Source: Pseudomonadota bacterium
GTDB lineage: Bacteria; Pseudomonadota; Gammaproteobacteria; Burkholderiales; Burkholderiaceae_C
Direction: 5' to 3'
NCBI GenBank assembly: GCA_021815805.1
Contig: JAKAZQ010000003.1
Coordinates: 93,703-157,702, forward strand
DNA length: 64,000 nucleotides
How positions within the stretch are numbered: position 1 is the first letter of the stretch; each line of letters starts with the position of its first letter. The translations under genes were made by a program, and so were the position numbers. The notes beneath the pieces are model-generated. The model worked only from the letters and a program-made list of their open reading frames with translations. It ran no database searches and was not told the origin of the DNA. Of this stretch, positions 1-9,019 are shown one piece after another.

Positions 1-2
1 GG

Positions 3-1193
3 AGACAGGTGCTTCATGGCATTCGTCACCAGTTCATTGATCACCAGCGCGATCGGCACGGCGTCGGGTTCGCGCAGCAGGATGCTGCCGGCCTCCTCGA
101 GGTCCACGGTCACGCGCACCGCTCCGGTGGCCGCCTGTGCCACCAGGTGGACGATGCGGGCGAGGTCGATGCCGCGTTGCGAGCTGCGGCCGGTGAGCCC
201 GTACACCCCGGCGATGGCGCGAACCTGAGCCATCGCCTCGGCGATGGGCGCGGCGAGTTCCGGCGACTGCCCGAGGCGCAGGCGCAGCAGGCCGAGCACG
301 CCCTGCAGGTGGTTCTTGATGCGGTGGTGCACCTCGCGCACCAGCAGGTCGCGCTGCCGGCGCATCGCCGCCAGGCGCGCGGCCTCCTGCTGCGCGCGCG
401 CGGTGATGTCGCGCGCGATGCCGAGCAGTCCCACGACCTCGCCTGCGGCATCCCGGATCGGCACGCGCAGCGTGAGGCGGTTGCGCGCCTGGCGGCCGCG
501 TCCGACACGCTCCTCGACGCTGGAGGACTCGCCGCTGGCCATTGCACGTTCGCTGTTCTCGCGGTAGCTGCGGCTCAGCTCGGTGTTGCCGAGGACGTCC
601 CATACCCGGCGCCCGAGCATTTGCTCCAGCGTGAGCTCCGGCAGATCGAGCAGTCCGCGCAGCCACTCCAGAGTGGCCGGGTTGAGGTACTTGATGCCGT
701 GGGCGCGGTCGATGAAAAAAATGCCGTCCAGTGCGTGCTCGGCAATGACGCGCAGTTGTTCCTCGCTGGCGCGCAGCGCCGCCTCGGCGCGCTTGCGCTC
801 GCCGATGTCCCGATGGATGCCCAGGCACACGGTTCCCCAACCCGGCAGATCGTGGGTGCTGATCGCGCCGAGCGTCCACAGCGTTCCGCCGTCCTTGCGC
901 CGATGCAGGATTTCGCCGTCCCATCGGCCGCTGCGTCGCGCCTCGTTCATGAGTTTTTCGGCAACCGCCTCCGGCGAACCCGCGTCCGCCGCGTGGACGC
1001 GGGCGATCGGCATGCCCAGCAGTTCGCCTGCGGCGTAGCCGAGCAGGCGCTCGAACGCGGCATTGTTGTAGACGATGCACGCGTCGCGCACCGACACCAC
1101 GACCACCGCATCGCTGACGTTGGCGAGAATCGCCGCCTGGCGTTGCGCCAGATCCTGGGCGTCCGACCCTGCCGCGGCCCGATCCCGATTCAC
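3..1193 (-). CDS. PAS-domain sensor histidine kinase, HisKA_2 type (runs off the left edge)
   Basis: Not in the ORF track (GTG start overlapping the TGA of the ANTAR gene). Manual translation gives MNRDRAAAGSDAQDLAQRQAAILANVSDAVVVVSVRDACIVYNNAAFERLLGY (PAS) and later REVHHRIKNHLQG (HisKA_2 H-box). Confidence 0.85.
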   Translation of the reverse strand, partial: MNRDRAAAGSDAQDLAQRQAAILANVSDAVVVVSVRDACIVYNNAAFERLLGYAAGELLGMPIARVHAADAGSPEAVAEKLMNEARRSGRWDGEILHRRKDGGTLWTLGAISTHDLPGWGTVCLGIHRDIGERKRAEAALRASEEQLRVIAEHALDGIFFIDRAHGIKYLNPATLEWLRGLLDLPELTLEQMLGRRVWDVLGNTELSRSYRENSERAMASGESSSVEERVGRGRQARNRLTLRVPIRDAAGEVVGLLGIARDITARAQQEAARLAAMRRQRDLLVREVHHRIKNHLQGVLGLLRLRLGQSPELAAPIAEAMAQVRAIAGVYGLTGRSSQRGIDLARIVHLVAQAATGAVRVTVDLEEAGSILLREPDAVPIALVINELVTNAMKHLS

Positions 1194-1780
1194 CGCGCGG
1201 CGCCTGACTTGCGCTGCAACGCGGCGATCACGTCGTCGCAATGTTGCGCGAGCTTGCGGCGCTCTCGGCGTGCCTCGTCGCGCAGGGTCGCGAACGCGGC
1301 AGGCTCGGACAGGCCGCGCTGTGCCATCACGATGCCGATCGCCATGCTGGTGCGTCGCGCGTCGCCGAGCGCCTGCTCGAGCTGGCGTCGGGTCTCGGCG
1401 AGCCCGTCGAGGTCGCGCGCGCGCGCCAGCGCGGTCTCGATGGCCGGGATCAGCTGGCCGGGCTCGATCGGCTTGACCAGGTAGCCCAGGCCTCCCTCGC
1501 GAATCGCCTCGGCCACCTCGCCGCGCTCGCCGTGGGCGCTCAGGAACAGGCTGCGCAGGCCGTGCCGGCGCTCCAGCAGATGGGCCAGTTCGATGCCGTT
1601 GAGGCCGTTCATGCGGATGTCCAGGATGGCCAGGTCGTGCCCGCGCTGCGCGGCGAGCGCGAGGGCCTGCTCGGCACCATCGGCCGCGTCGGCGCGGTAC
1701 CCCGCTTCGCGCAGGCCCTGCAGCAGCGTGGCGAGGGCGAGTCGATCGTCGTCGACGAGCAGGAGATCGGGAGCAGGCAT
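1190..1780 (-). CDS. REC-ANTAR response regulator (RNA-binding antiterminator)
   Basis: Receiver motifs LLLVDDD, AILDIRM, YLVKP; C-terminal ANTAR-like MAIGIVMAQRGLSEPAAFATLRDEARRERRKL. Confidence 0.9.
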   Translation of the reverse strand: MPAPDLLLVDDDRLALATLLQGLREAGYRADAADGAEQALALAAQRGHDLAILDIRMNGLNGIELAHLLERRHGLRSLFLSAHGERGEVAEAIREGGLGYLVKPIEPGQLIPAIETALARARDLDGLAETRRQLEQALGDARRTSMAIGIVMAQRGLSEPAAFATLRDEARRERRKLAQHCDDVIAALQRKSGAAR

Positions 1781-2099
1781 GCGCAGGGGATTTGCGTGTG
1801 CAAAAATTGACCGGAAGGTAAGTTATATTTCTTGTAATACTTGAATATTGTCATTAAAAACCAAAAATGGTGACTGGTGCAAAGTTTTGTGCGAGACTTT
1901 GACCAGAAGACCTTTTGCACGCGGCGTGGTGCCTGCGGCCCGAATCCGCCCACCGCTGCCGCACGTGGCCCGAGCCCCCGGCCGCCCGTTCCGATCCGCA
2001 CGTCGTGCTTCGCGGCCGCGTCGGATCCCATGGAGACCCAGCCCCCGTCTCCGGCTCTGTCGGCGCGATCCGGCCGCGCCGCGCTGGGAGCGTGTGGTC

Positions 2100-2327
2100 A
2101 TGACTCTTCGCATCAATGAACTCGCCGCGGCCGATCTGCGCGCGTCGCTGCTCGACAACGCGGCGCCTGACGGCGTGGCCTGCGGCGTGCTGCACGGCTG
2201 GCTGCGCCTGCACCGTCTCGGGCGTCTGAGCTTCAACAGCGAGGCGCTGCGCATCCTCGGGCCGTTCCTGGCGCGTGCGCTGGAGCTGGAGTCGGCGCGG
2301 GACATGTCGCGCCGAGTCGATTGCTGA
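2100..2327 (+). CDS. hypothetical protein (75 aa)
   Basis: ATG-started MTLRINELAAADLRASLLD... in a gap divergent from the ANTAR gene; no recognisable motif. Confidence 0.3.
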   Translation: MTLRINELAAADLRASLLDNAAPDGVACGVLHGWLRLHRLGRLSFNSEALRILGPFLARALELESARDMSRRVDC

Positions 2328-2348
2328 CGGCGGCGGCGATGCCTCGCT

Positions 2349-2876
2349 TCAGCGGCGCACCCGGCGCCGCGGCTCGCTGACCCAGTGCAGCAGCGTGGTG
2401 AGCAACGCCCCGATCAGGACCTCGCCGCCGCGGTAAAGCGCCACCTGGCGCAGCGGCAGCGCGGGTTGCGCGCCGAGCAGCACGATGAGAAAGGTCCGCA
2501 TGCACACGCGCAGCGCCGGGGCGGCCAGCGCGACGAGCGCGCACAGCGCCGTGCCGATCGCGATTTGCGCCGGCACGCCGATGCCGCCCAGGCGAGCCAC
2601 AAGCTCGTGCACCGCGACGGCCGCGACCATGCCGATCACCGTGCCCGCGGTTCGCGCCAGCAGGTTGAAGCGGGTGTCGCGATAGCGTTCCTGCGACACG
2701 ATGGTCGCCGAGATCGCGGCCCACACCGGAAAGGGCAGTCCGACGCGCTGTGCGATCAGGTAGGACAACGTCGCCGCCGCGGAACTGCGCAGCACGAACG
2801 CCGCGCGGCGCGGCGTGCACAGCCCGCGCAAACAGGCCAGCGGGCGATCGAGCGCGGGGGGGCGTGGCTCAGGCAT
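2349..2876 (-). CDS. FUSC-family (aromatic acid exporter-like) membrane protein
   Basis: LRSSAAATLSYLIAQRVGLPFPVWAAISATIVSQ...RTAGTVIG pattern; hydrophobic helices. Confidence 0.75.
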   Translation of the reverse strand: MPEPRPPALDRPLACLRGLCTPRRAAFVLRSSAAATLSYLIAQRVGLPFPVWAAISATIVSQERYRDTRFNLLARTAGTVIGMVAAVAVHELVARLGGIGVPAQIAIGTALCALVALAAPALRVCMRTFLIVLLGAQPALPLRQVALYRGGEVLIGALLTTLLHWVSEPRRRVRR

Positions 2877-3042
2877 GGGCGGCTCGCTGCCGCGAATCGG
2901 CTCGCGGACTGCCCAGCATAGACACGGCTTGCGGCCCCTGTGCGGCGTGCGGGCACCGCTGACCCGACGGTCATGCCCGCCTCATCCGGCCGGCGCGCAT
3001 GCCGGGTGGCGCCGCGGTCGCGGGCACAGGGTACGGCCAGGA

Positions 3043-3090
3043 GTTTCGCAGCCGGCAGGTTTCGCAGCCGGCAGGTTTCGCAGCCGGCAG
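3043..3090. repeat. 16-bp tandem repeat, 3 exact copies (GTTTCGCAGCCGGCAG)
   Basis: Read directly: copies at 3043-3058, 3059-3074, 3075-3090, no spacers. Confidence 0.95.
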
Positions 3091-3140
3091 ATCCGGCCGA
3101 GCCGAGGCGCAACGACGAGGCGCATGCCGTCGTGGCACGA

Positions 3141-3345
3141 CAGGCTGCTCGGGGTTGGTGCGCGCGCACCCCGCGGTGCGGCCGGCGCCCGATTCCGCGC
3201 CAACCCTTCGGGCGCAGGCGCTGCGCGCGATCTGCGGCGTTGCCCGGGCAGGCCAGGTGCCCAGCCTCGGCTTGGATTGGACGCCTCGCAGTTCACCCCG
3301 CAGCGCCTGCGCGCGGCCCCCTGGGGTATTGCAGCAGCCTGCTAG
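3141..3345. mobile_element. ~200-bp non-coding MITE-like element, copy 1
   Basis: High similarity to the reverse complement of ~30801-31005; 9-bp terminal inverted repeat CAGGCTGCT...AGCAGCCTG followed by CTAG. Confidence 0.65.
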
Positions 3346-3587
3346 CGCGACGGCGGCGCGTTGCGGCGCTCGAGGTGACGGAAGGTGATGCGGCCCTTCG
3401 ACAGGTCGTAGGGCGAGAGTTCCAGCGACACGTTGTCACCGGCCAGGATGCGGATGTGGTGCTTGCGCATCTTGCCGGCGCTGTAGGCGATCAGCACGTG
3501 GCCGTTCTCGAGGGTCACGCGGTAACGCGAGTCCGGCAGGACCTCGTTGACCACGCCGCGCATTTCGATCAGTTCTTCCTTGGACAT
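3342..3587 (-). CDS. infA: translation initiation factor IF-1 (stand-alone paralog)
   Basis: [30 protein letters not shown]...[36 protein letters not shown]. Confidence 0.97.
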   Translation of the reverse strand: MSKEELIEMRGVVNEVLPDSRYRVTLENGHVLIAYSAGKMRKHHIRILAGDNVSLELSPYDLSKGRITFRHLERRNAPPSR

Positions 3588-4204
3588 GGGGCTCCTTGGG
3601 AATGAAGGGGGAAGGGGGCGAACCGGGCTCGCGGCAGCAGCGCCGCGGCGCCGGCAGAGGTCGACACCTGCTCCCCGCCCACGCGCACCACCCGCTCACG
3701 GGTTCCAAACACCGGCACGAAGCGCATTACGCGGTCGTGGCTCACGCTCCCAGGACCTTCGCGCGTCGACACCGAAAGCCTGGCGCCGCCGTCGGAAGGA
3801 CGGCGGGACGGTGGCCAGACTCGGTACTTGTCGACATGGACGGCGGAACGAATAAGCAATCTTCGGTGAACGACGGGCAGACAGGGGACACGCCACCCGT
3901 CCGTGCCGCGAACCCGGACTCCGCCCGGACTCCGAAAGATCGGGCATGGGAACCGGCTATTTCAACAATTGTAGCACAGCACGCGGCATTTGTCGCAGCT
4001 TTACCACAGCCAACTGTTTGCACGAAAGACTGGCGAGCGACGCGCCGGCAACGGTGGTTTATCCATTTGCATGGCGAGGTTACTCGGGTTATTTGGAGAC
4101 CATCCAAAGTGCAGGGCTACGCAAGGAATAATGCCGGAACAGCCGATAGGAGCTGCGGAATGCTGGCTGGGCTTGGTTTCCCGGCCCCATCATCTCGAAA
4201 TATT

Positions 4205-5599
4205 ATGTTCCATAACAATTCGGAGTCGCAGGGCCTCAATCCGGCCTTGCGCAATCGTCACATCCAGTTCCTCGCCCTCGGCGGCACCATCGGCACCGGG
4301 CTTTTCCTGGGCTCCGCCGGGGTGCTCGAGAGCGCCGGCCCATCGATGCTGCTCGGCTACGTGGTGGCGGGCTTGATCGTCTTCCTGATCATGCGTTTCC
4401 TGGGTGAAATGCTGGTGGAAAATCCTGTATCCCATTCGTTCAGTTATTTTGCCGATCGATATTGGGGGTCATTTGCCGGGTTTTTCGCCGGCTGGAATTC
4501 GATTGCGCTTTATGTGCTCGCCGGCATGCTCGAAATCAGCGCGGTGGGTCGTTTCGTGCAGTTCTGGTGGCCGTGGATGCCGACCTGGATCAGCGCCGCC
4601 ACCTGCCTGCTCGCGGTCAGCGGCCTGAACCTGATCAGCGTGCGCCTGTTCGGGGAAGCCGAATTCTGGTTCGCCTTGCTGAAGGTGTGCGCGGTGCTGG
4701 CGATGATCGGCTTCGGCGCCTACCTGGTGGTGGCGCGCTACGGCGAGCCGCAGATCGGCGTGTCCAACCTGTGGCGCCACGGCGGCCTGTTTCCGACCGG
4801 CCTGCGCGGCCTGCTGATGTCCATGGCGCTGATCGTCTTCGCCTACGGCGGCATCGAGGTCATGGGCTATGCGGCGGCGGAGACCGACGACCCGCGGCGC
4901 GTGATCCCGCGCGCGATCAACCGCATCGTCTACCGCGTGCTCATCTTCTACGTCGGCTCCTCCCTCGTGCTGCTGGTGCTGTTTCCCTGGAACCGCCTGG
5001 TGGAGGTCATGGAGCACGGCCGCGGCACCTACGGTGCGAGTCCGTTCACGCTGATCTTTTCCGTGCTCGGGGATCGCTTCGCGGCGAATGCGCTGAACCT
5101 GGTGATCATGATCGCCGCGCTGTCGGTGTACAACGGCTTGACCTTCGCTGCCAGCCGCATGCTCTTCGGCATGGCCCGCCAGGGCAGCGCGCCGCGCTTT
5201 CTCGGACAGGCCGACCGCCGCGGCGTGCCGGTGCGCGCGATCGGATGCACCGCCGCGATGACCGCGCTGTGCGTGCTTCTCAACTACCTGATGCCGCGCC
5301 AGGTGATCGAGATCCTGCTGTCCCTGGTGACCAGCGCGCTGGTGCTGATCTGGGCCACGATCGTCGCCACCCACCTGAAATTCCGTGCGCGCATGCGCGC
5401 AGGCGGACGCGTCAGCGCGTTCCCGGCGTTGTTCGCGCCGTGGAGCAACTACCTGTGTCTGGCCTTTCTCGGCATGGTCGTGGTGGTGCTGTGGATCGCT
5501 CCGGACACGCGGCATTCGGTCTATGCCATCCCCCTGTGGATCATCATGGTGTACGCGGCATGGCGCCTGCGTCCCGCGGCGCGCCTGCGAAGCGCCTGA
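4205..5599 (+). CDS. APC-family amino acid permease (AroP/PheP-like)
   Basis: LRNRHIQFLALGGTIGTGLFLGS, FGEAEFWFALLKV, FAYGGIE motifs; about 12 TM segments; start set at the MFHNN ATG. Confidence 0.92.
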   Translation: MFHNNSESQGLNPALRNRHIQFLALGGTIGTGLFLGSAGVLESAGPSMLLGYVVAGLIVFLIMRFLGEMLVENPVSHSFSYFADRYWGSFAGFFAGWNSIALYVLAGMLEISAVGRFVQFWWPWMPTWISAATCLLAVSGLNLISVRLFGEAEFWFALLKVCAVLAMIGFGAYLVVARYGEPQIGVSNLWRHGGLFPTGLRGLLMSMALIVFAYGGIEVMGYAAAETDDPRRVIPRAINRIVYRVLIFYVGSSLVLLVLFPWNRLVEVMEHGRGTYGASPFTLIFSVLGDRFAANALNLVIMIAALSVYNGLTFAASRMLFGMARQGSAPRFLGQADRRGVPVRAIGCTAAMTALCVLLNYLMPRQVIEILLSLVTSALVLIWATIVATHLKFRARMRAGGRVSAFPALFAPWSNYLCLAFLGMVVVVLWIAPDTRHSVYAIPLWIIMVYAAWRLRPAARLRSA

Positions 5600-5633
5600 G
5601 GTGCCGGGCCCGTGCGGCGGGTATGCTCGGTGC

Positions 5634-5942
5634 ATGCGACGCGTCGACTCCGCGCCCAACCTGGTCATCGCCACGCTGTGGGCGGATGCGCTGACCTCCG
5701 CCGGCATCGAGGCGCGGGTGTTCTCGCGCTACCTGTCGAGCATCGCCGGAGAGATTCCGCCCAACGAGGCGGAACCCACGGTCTGGGTGCTCGACGACGC
5801 CGATCTCGATCGCGCCCGCGCGTTGCTGCGGGAACTGCGCCGCCCGCTGCGCGGGCCCGGCTGGAACTGCCTCGAATGCGGCGAGCACCACGGGCCGCAG
5901 TTCGCGCAATGCTGGAACTGCGGCGCGGCGCGTCCGCGTTGA
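5634..5942 (+). CDS. DUF2007-like putative signal-transducing protein with C-terminal zinc ribbon
   Basis: APNLVIATLWADALTSAGIE...SSIAGEIP...; WNCLECGE...FAQCWNCG (RanBP2-like Zn finger). Confidence 0.75.
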   Translation: MRRVDSAPNLVIATLWADALTSAGIEARVFSRYLSSIAGEIPPNEAEPTVWVLDDADLDRARALLRELRRPLRGPGWNCLECGEHHGPQFAQCWNCGAARPR

Positions 5943-5963
5943 CGCCGCGCAGGCTCGCGTTGC

Positions 5964-7058
5964 TCAGGCCTGGGTCGGCGCCCGCCCCGCCGCGATGACG
6001 CCGCGGCGCACCTGGTCGCGCTCGATGGACTCGAACAGGGCCTTGAAGTTGCCCTCGCCGAAACCTTCGTCGGCCTTGCGCTGGATGAACTCGAAGAACA
6101 CGGGTCCGAGCGCAGGGCGCGAGAAAATCTGCAGCAGCAGGCGCCTCTCGCCACCCGCCGTGGATCCGTCGAGCAGGATGCCGCGGGTGCGCAACTGCTC
6201 CACCGGTTCGCCGTGCCCCGGCAGGCGTTCCTCGAGCATCTCGTAGTAGACGTCGTTGGGCGCGCTCATCAATTCCACGCCGGCGGCGCGCAAGGCATCG
6301 ACGCTGGCGATCAGGTCGTCGGTGAGCAGCGCCACGTGCTGGATGCCCTCGCCGTTGAACTGCATCAGGAACTCCTCGATCTGACCGCTGCCGCCGGCGG
6401 CCTCCTCGTTCAGCGGGATGCGGATGCGTCCGTCGGGCGCCGACATCGCGCGGCTGGTCAGCCCGGTGTACTCGCCCTTGATGTCGAAGTAGCGGATCTC
6501 GCGGAAGTTGAACAGGCGTTCGTAGAAATCGGCCCAGAAGCCCATGCGTCCACGGTAGACATTGTGGGTCAGGTGGTCGATGAGCTTCAGGCCGTGGCCC
6601 TGCGGACGTCGCGGCACGCCTTCGAGCCACTCGAAGTCGATGTCGTAGATGCTCCTGCCGTCTTCGAAGCGGTCGATCAGGTACAGCGGGGCGCCGCCGA
6701 TGCCCTTGATCGCCGGCAGGCGAAGTTCCATCGGACCGGTGGGAATGTCGATCGGCTGCGCGCCGAGTTCCAGCGCGCGGGCGTAGGCCTTGTGCGCGTC
6801 GCGCACGCGGAACGCCAGGCCGCAGGCGCTGGGGCCGTGCTCGGCGGCGAAATACGCGGCAAGGCTGCGCGGCTCGCGATTCACGATGAAGCGGATGTCG
6901 CCCTGGCACCACAGCTCCACGTCCTTGCTGCGATGGCGGGCCACGCGTGCGAAACCGAGCTGCTGGAACAGCGGCTCGAGCACACCGGGGGTGGGCGAGG
7001 CGAATTCGACGAACTCGAATCCGCACAACCCCATGGGGTTTTCAAACAGGTCAGGCAT
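5964..7058 (-). CDS. hppD: 4-hydroxyphenylpyruvate dioxygenase
   Basis: [63 protein letters not shown]. Confidence 0.97.
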   Translation of the reverse strand: MPDLFENPMGLCGFEFVEFASPTPGVLEPLFQQLGFARVARHRSKDVELWCQGDIRFIVNREPRSLAAYFAAEHGPSACGLAFRVRDAHKAYARALELGAQPIDIPTGPMELRLPAIKGIGGAPLYLIDRFEDGRSIYDIDFEWLEGVPRRPQGHGLKLIDHLTHNVYRGRMGFWADFYERLFNFREIRYFDIKGEYTGLTSRAMSAPDGRIRIPLNEEAAGGSGQIEEFLMQFNGEGIQHVALLTDDLIASVDALRAAGVELMSAPNDVYYEMLEERLPGHGEPVEQLRTRGILLDGSTAGGERRLLLQIFSRPALGPVFFEFIQRKADEGFGEGNFKALFESIERDQVRRGVIAAGRAPTQA

Positions 7059-7344
7059 GTCGGACTCCTGCAGGGCATCAGGTGGGCAGCGGCGTGCGGC
7101 ATGCCGCTGCACGCCGCGCGCGTCGGGCAGGCTCAGGCCGCGCGCGGGGGCGCGCCGGGCCGGCCGCGCACGCTGCGCGCCAGGTGAATGCCGATGATCA
7201 GGGTCTGCATGTGGGGTGCGGTGGCCGCGGCGGGCCGCCGACAGGTTGCCATGCGCCGAAGGATACGCCTGCGCGCGCTTGCGCCGACCTGGCGCGCTCG
7301 CCCCTGCGCGACTCCGGGGCGCGGCGCCGGCATCCTGGCGGCGA

Positions 7345-8172
7345 TCAGGAAGCCGCGCCGGCGTCGATGCGCGCGGCATGGACGGCGCCGCCTTGCACGC
7401 CGTACCTGCGGAGGATCTTCAGGTAGCTACCGTCATCGATCACTTTCTGCAGTGCCACCTGCAGTTCCTCGCGCAGCTTCGGTCGATTCCTGGGCACGGC
7501 GATGCCCACCGGAACCGGCTGATATTCCGGGCCCGCGAGCGCGAACAGGTGCCCGCCGTCGGTGTTGTGCGCGAGATACAGCATGGCCGGCGAGTCGCCG
7601 AGAAGCGCGACCACGTGTCCGGCGCGCAACTGCCTGCGCGCCTGCGCGACGCGTGCGAACTGCAGGACGGTCAGCGGCGGCTTGCGGCGCGCCGTGCACC
7701 ACTCGCTGGCCCGCGTGACGAGGTCGAGTTGCGTCGATCCCCGCAGCGTCGCCACCGCCTTGCCGCACAGGCTGTGCAGATCCTTCACGTGCTGCGGGTT
7801 GCCATGGCGTACCAGCAGACGCGTGCCGAGGTGGAAAAAATCGATGAAATCCACGCGTTGTTCGCGCGCGGAGGTGTCGTGCATCAACGTGAAGGCGACG
7901 TCGATCCGGTGCGAATGCAGCGCCGCGAGCAGGCCGGCCGAGGCCTGCGGCCTGAATTCGATCGGAGCCGGCAGGTATCGGCTCATCGCCGCGGCCAGAT
8001 CGACGAGCACGCCCCGCAGCGGCCTGCCGTGGCCGGCATCGGCGATCATCGGCGGGCTGTCGGCGAGGCTGCCGGCGACGATCGGTTGCGCGGCGCGCGC
8101 GCCGGGCCACAGCGCCGCCAGGCTCAGCAGGCAGGCCGTGGCGAGGTGGCGCAACGGGATGGGCTGGCGCAT
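7345..8172 (-). CDS. ABC transporter substrate-binding protein (family 3), orphan
   Basis: Signal peptide; [64 protein letters not shown]. Confidence 0.85.
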   Translation of the reverse strand: MRQPIPLRHLATACLLSLAALWPGARAAQPIVAGSLADSPPMIADAGHGRPLRGVLVDLAAAMSRYLPAPIEFRPQASAGLLAALHSHRIDVAFTLMHDTSAREQRVDFIDFFHLGTRLLVRHGNPQHVKDLHSLCGKAVATLRGSTQLDLVTRASEWCTARRKPPLTVLQFARVAQARRQLRAGHVVALLGDSPAMLYLAHNTDGGHLFALAGPEYQPVPVGIAVPRNRPKLREELQVALQKVIDDGSYLKILRRYGVQGGAVHAARIDAGAAS

Positions 8173-8428
8173 GGGTGTCTGCTCCTCGCGGTGGGCTCGC
8201 CGTATCTCCTGGCGCATGTCCGGCGGATTCTAGGCAGCGCGGCGCGCCGCTTCGACCGCGTGCCGCGCCAGGCGTCGCAACACCAGCAAAGTGGCGGCGC
8301 CAAGCCGGCAGGCCCGCGCCCGCGCAGGCTGGGGGTCGGCGAGCATGCGCCGTGCCTGCAGGTCGCGGCCGACGCAGCGCAGGCGCCGGGCGCGCGTCCA
8401 GCCAGCGGGCCGGCGCGCGCCGGGCGCG

Positions 8429-8983
8429 TCAGACGCGGCCCTTGTACTCGCCGGTGCGGGTGTCGATCTCGATCTTGTCGCCGATGGCCACGAAGATCGG
8501 CACCGGGATCTCGGCGCCGGTCGAGATCTTGGCCGGCTTGAGCACCTTGCCCGAGGTGTCGCCCTTGACGGCGGGCTCGGTGTAGATCACCTCGCGCACC
8601 ACCGTGGTCGGCATCTCCAGGGAGATCGCCTTGCCGTCGTAGAACACGACCTCGACGGGCATGCCGTCCTCGAGGTACAGCAGCGCGTCGCCCAGGTTGT
8701 CCTTCTCGACCTCGTACTGGTTGTACTCGGTGTCCATGAACACATACATGGGGTCGGCAAAGTAGGAGTAGGTGCACTCCTTGCGGTCGAGCACGATCGG
8801 GTCGAGCTTGTCGTCCGCCTTGTACACGAGCTCGGTGCCACCGCTGGTCAGCAGGTTCTTGAGCTTCATCTTGACCGTGGCGGCATTGCGCCCGCCGCGG
8901 CTGTACTCGGTCTTCTGCACGACCATCGGATCCTTGCCGACCATGATCACATTGCCGGCACGGATTTCTTGAGCGAGTTTCAT
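8429..8983 (-). CDS. efp: elongation factor P (Arg32, EarP-type)
   Basis: [21 protein letters not shown]; [10 protein letters not shown]; [10 protein letters not shown]. Confidence 0.98.
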   Translation of the reverse strand: MKLAQEIRAGNVIMVGKDPMVVQKTEYSRGGRNAATVKMKLKNLLTSGGTELVYKADDKLDPIVLDRKECTYSYFADPMYVFMDTEYNQYEVEKDNLGDALLYLEDGMPVEVVFYDGKAISLEMPTTVVREVIYTEPAVKGDTSGKVLKPAKISTGAEIPVPIFVAIGDKIEIDTRTGEYKGRV

Positions 8984-9019
8984 AGACTTCGAAAAAGGGT
9001 TTCGGAGAGAATCAAGTCG

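Noticed and set aside
9-1484. 491-aa plus-strand ORF
   Set aside because: Shadow of the minus-strand kinase and ANTAR genes.
1860-1880. NtrC-like site (CCAAAAATGGTG)
   Set aside because: Spacing and outer bases do not fit TGCACC-N5-GGTGCA.
3043-3090. Tandem repeat as a CRISPR array
   Set aside because: 16-bp units are contiguous with no spacers, and no cas genes are present.
3700-3960. Possible riboswitch between infA and the permease
   Set aside because: Hairpins and a short direct repeat (CCGGACTCCG x2) are present, but I could not match a known aptamer consensus; an Rfam scan would be needed.
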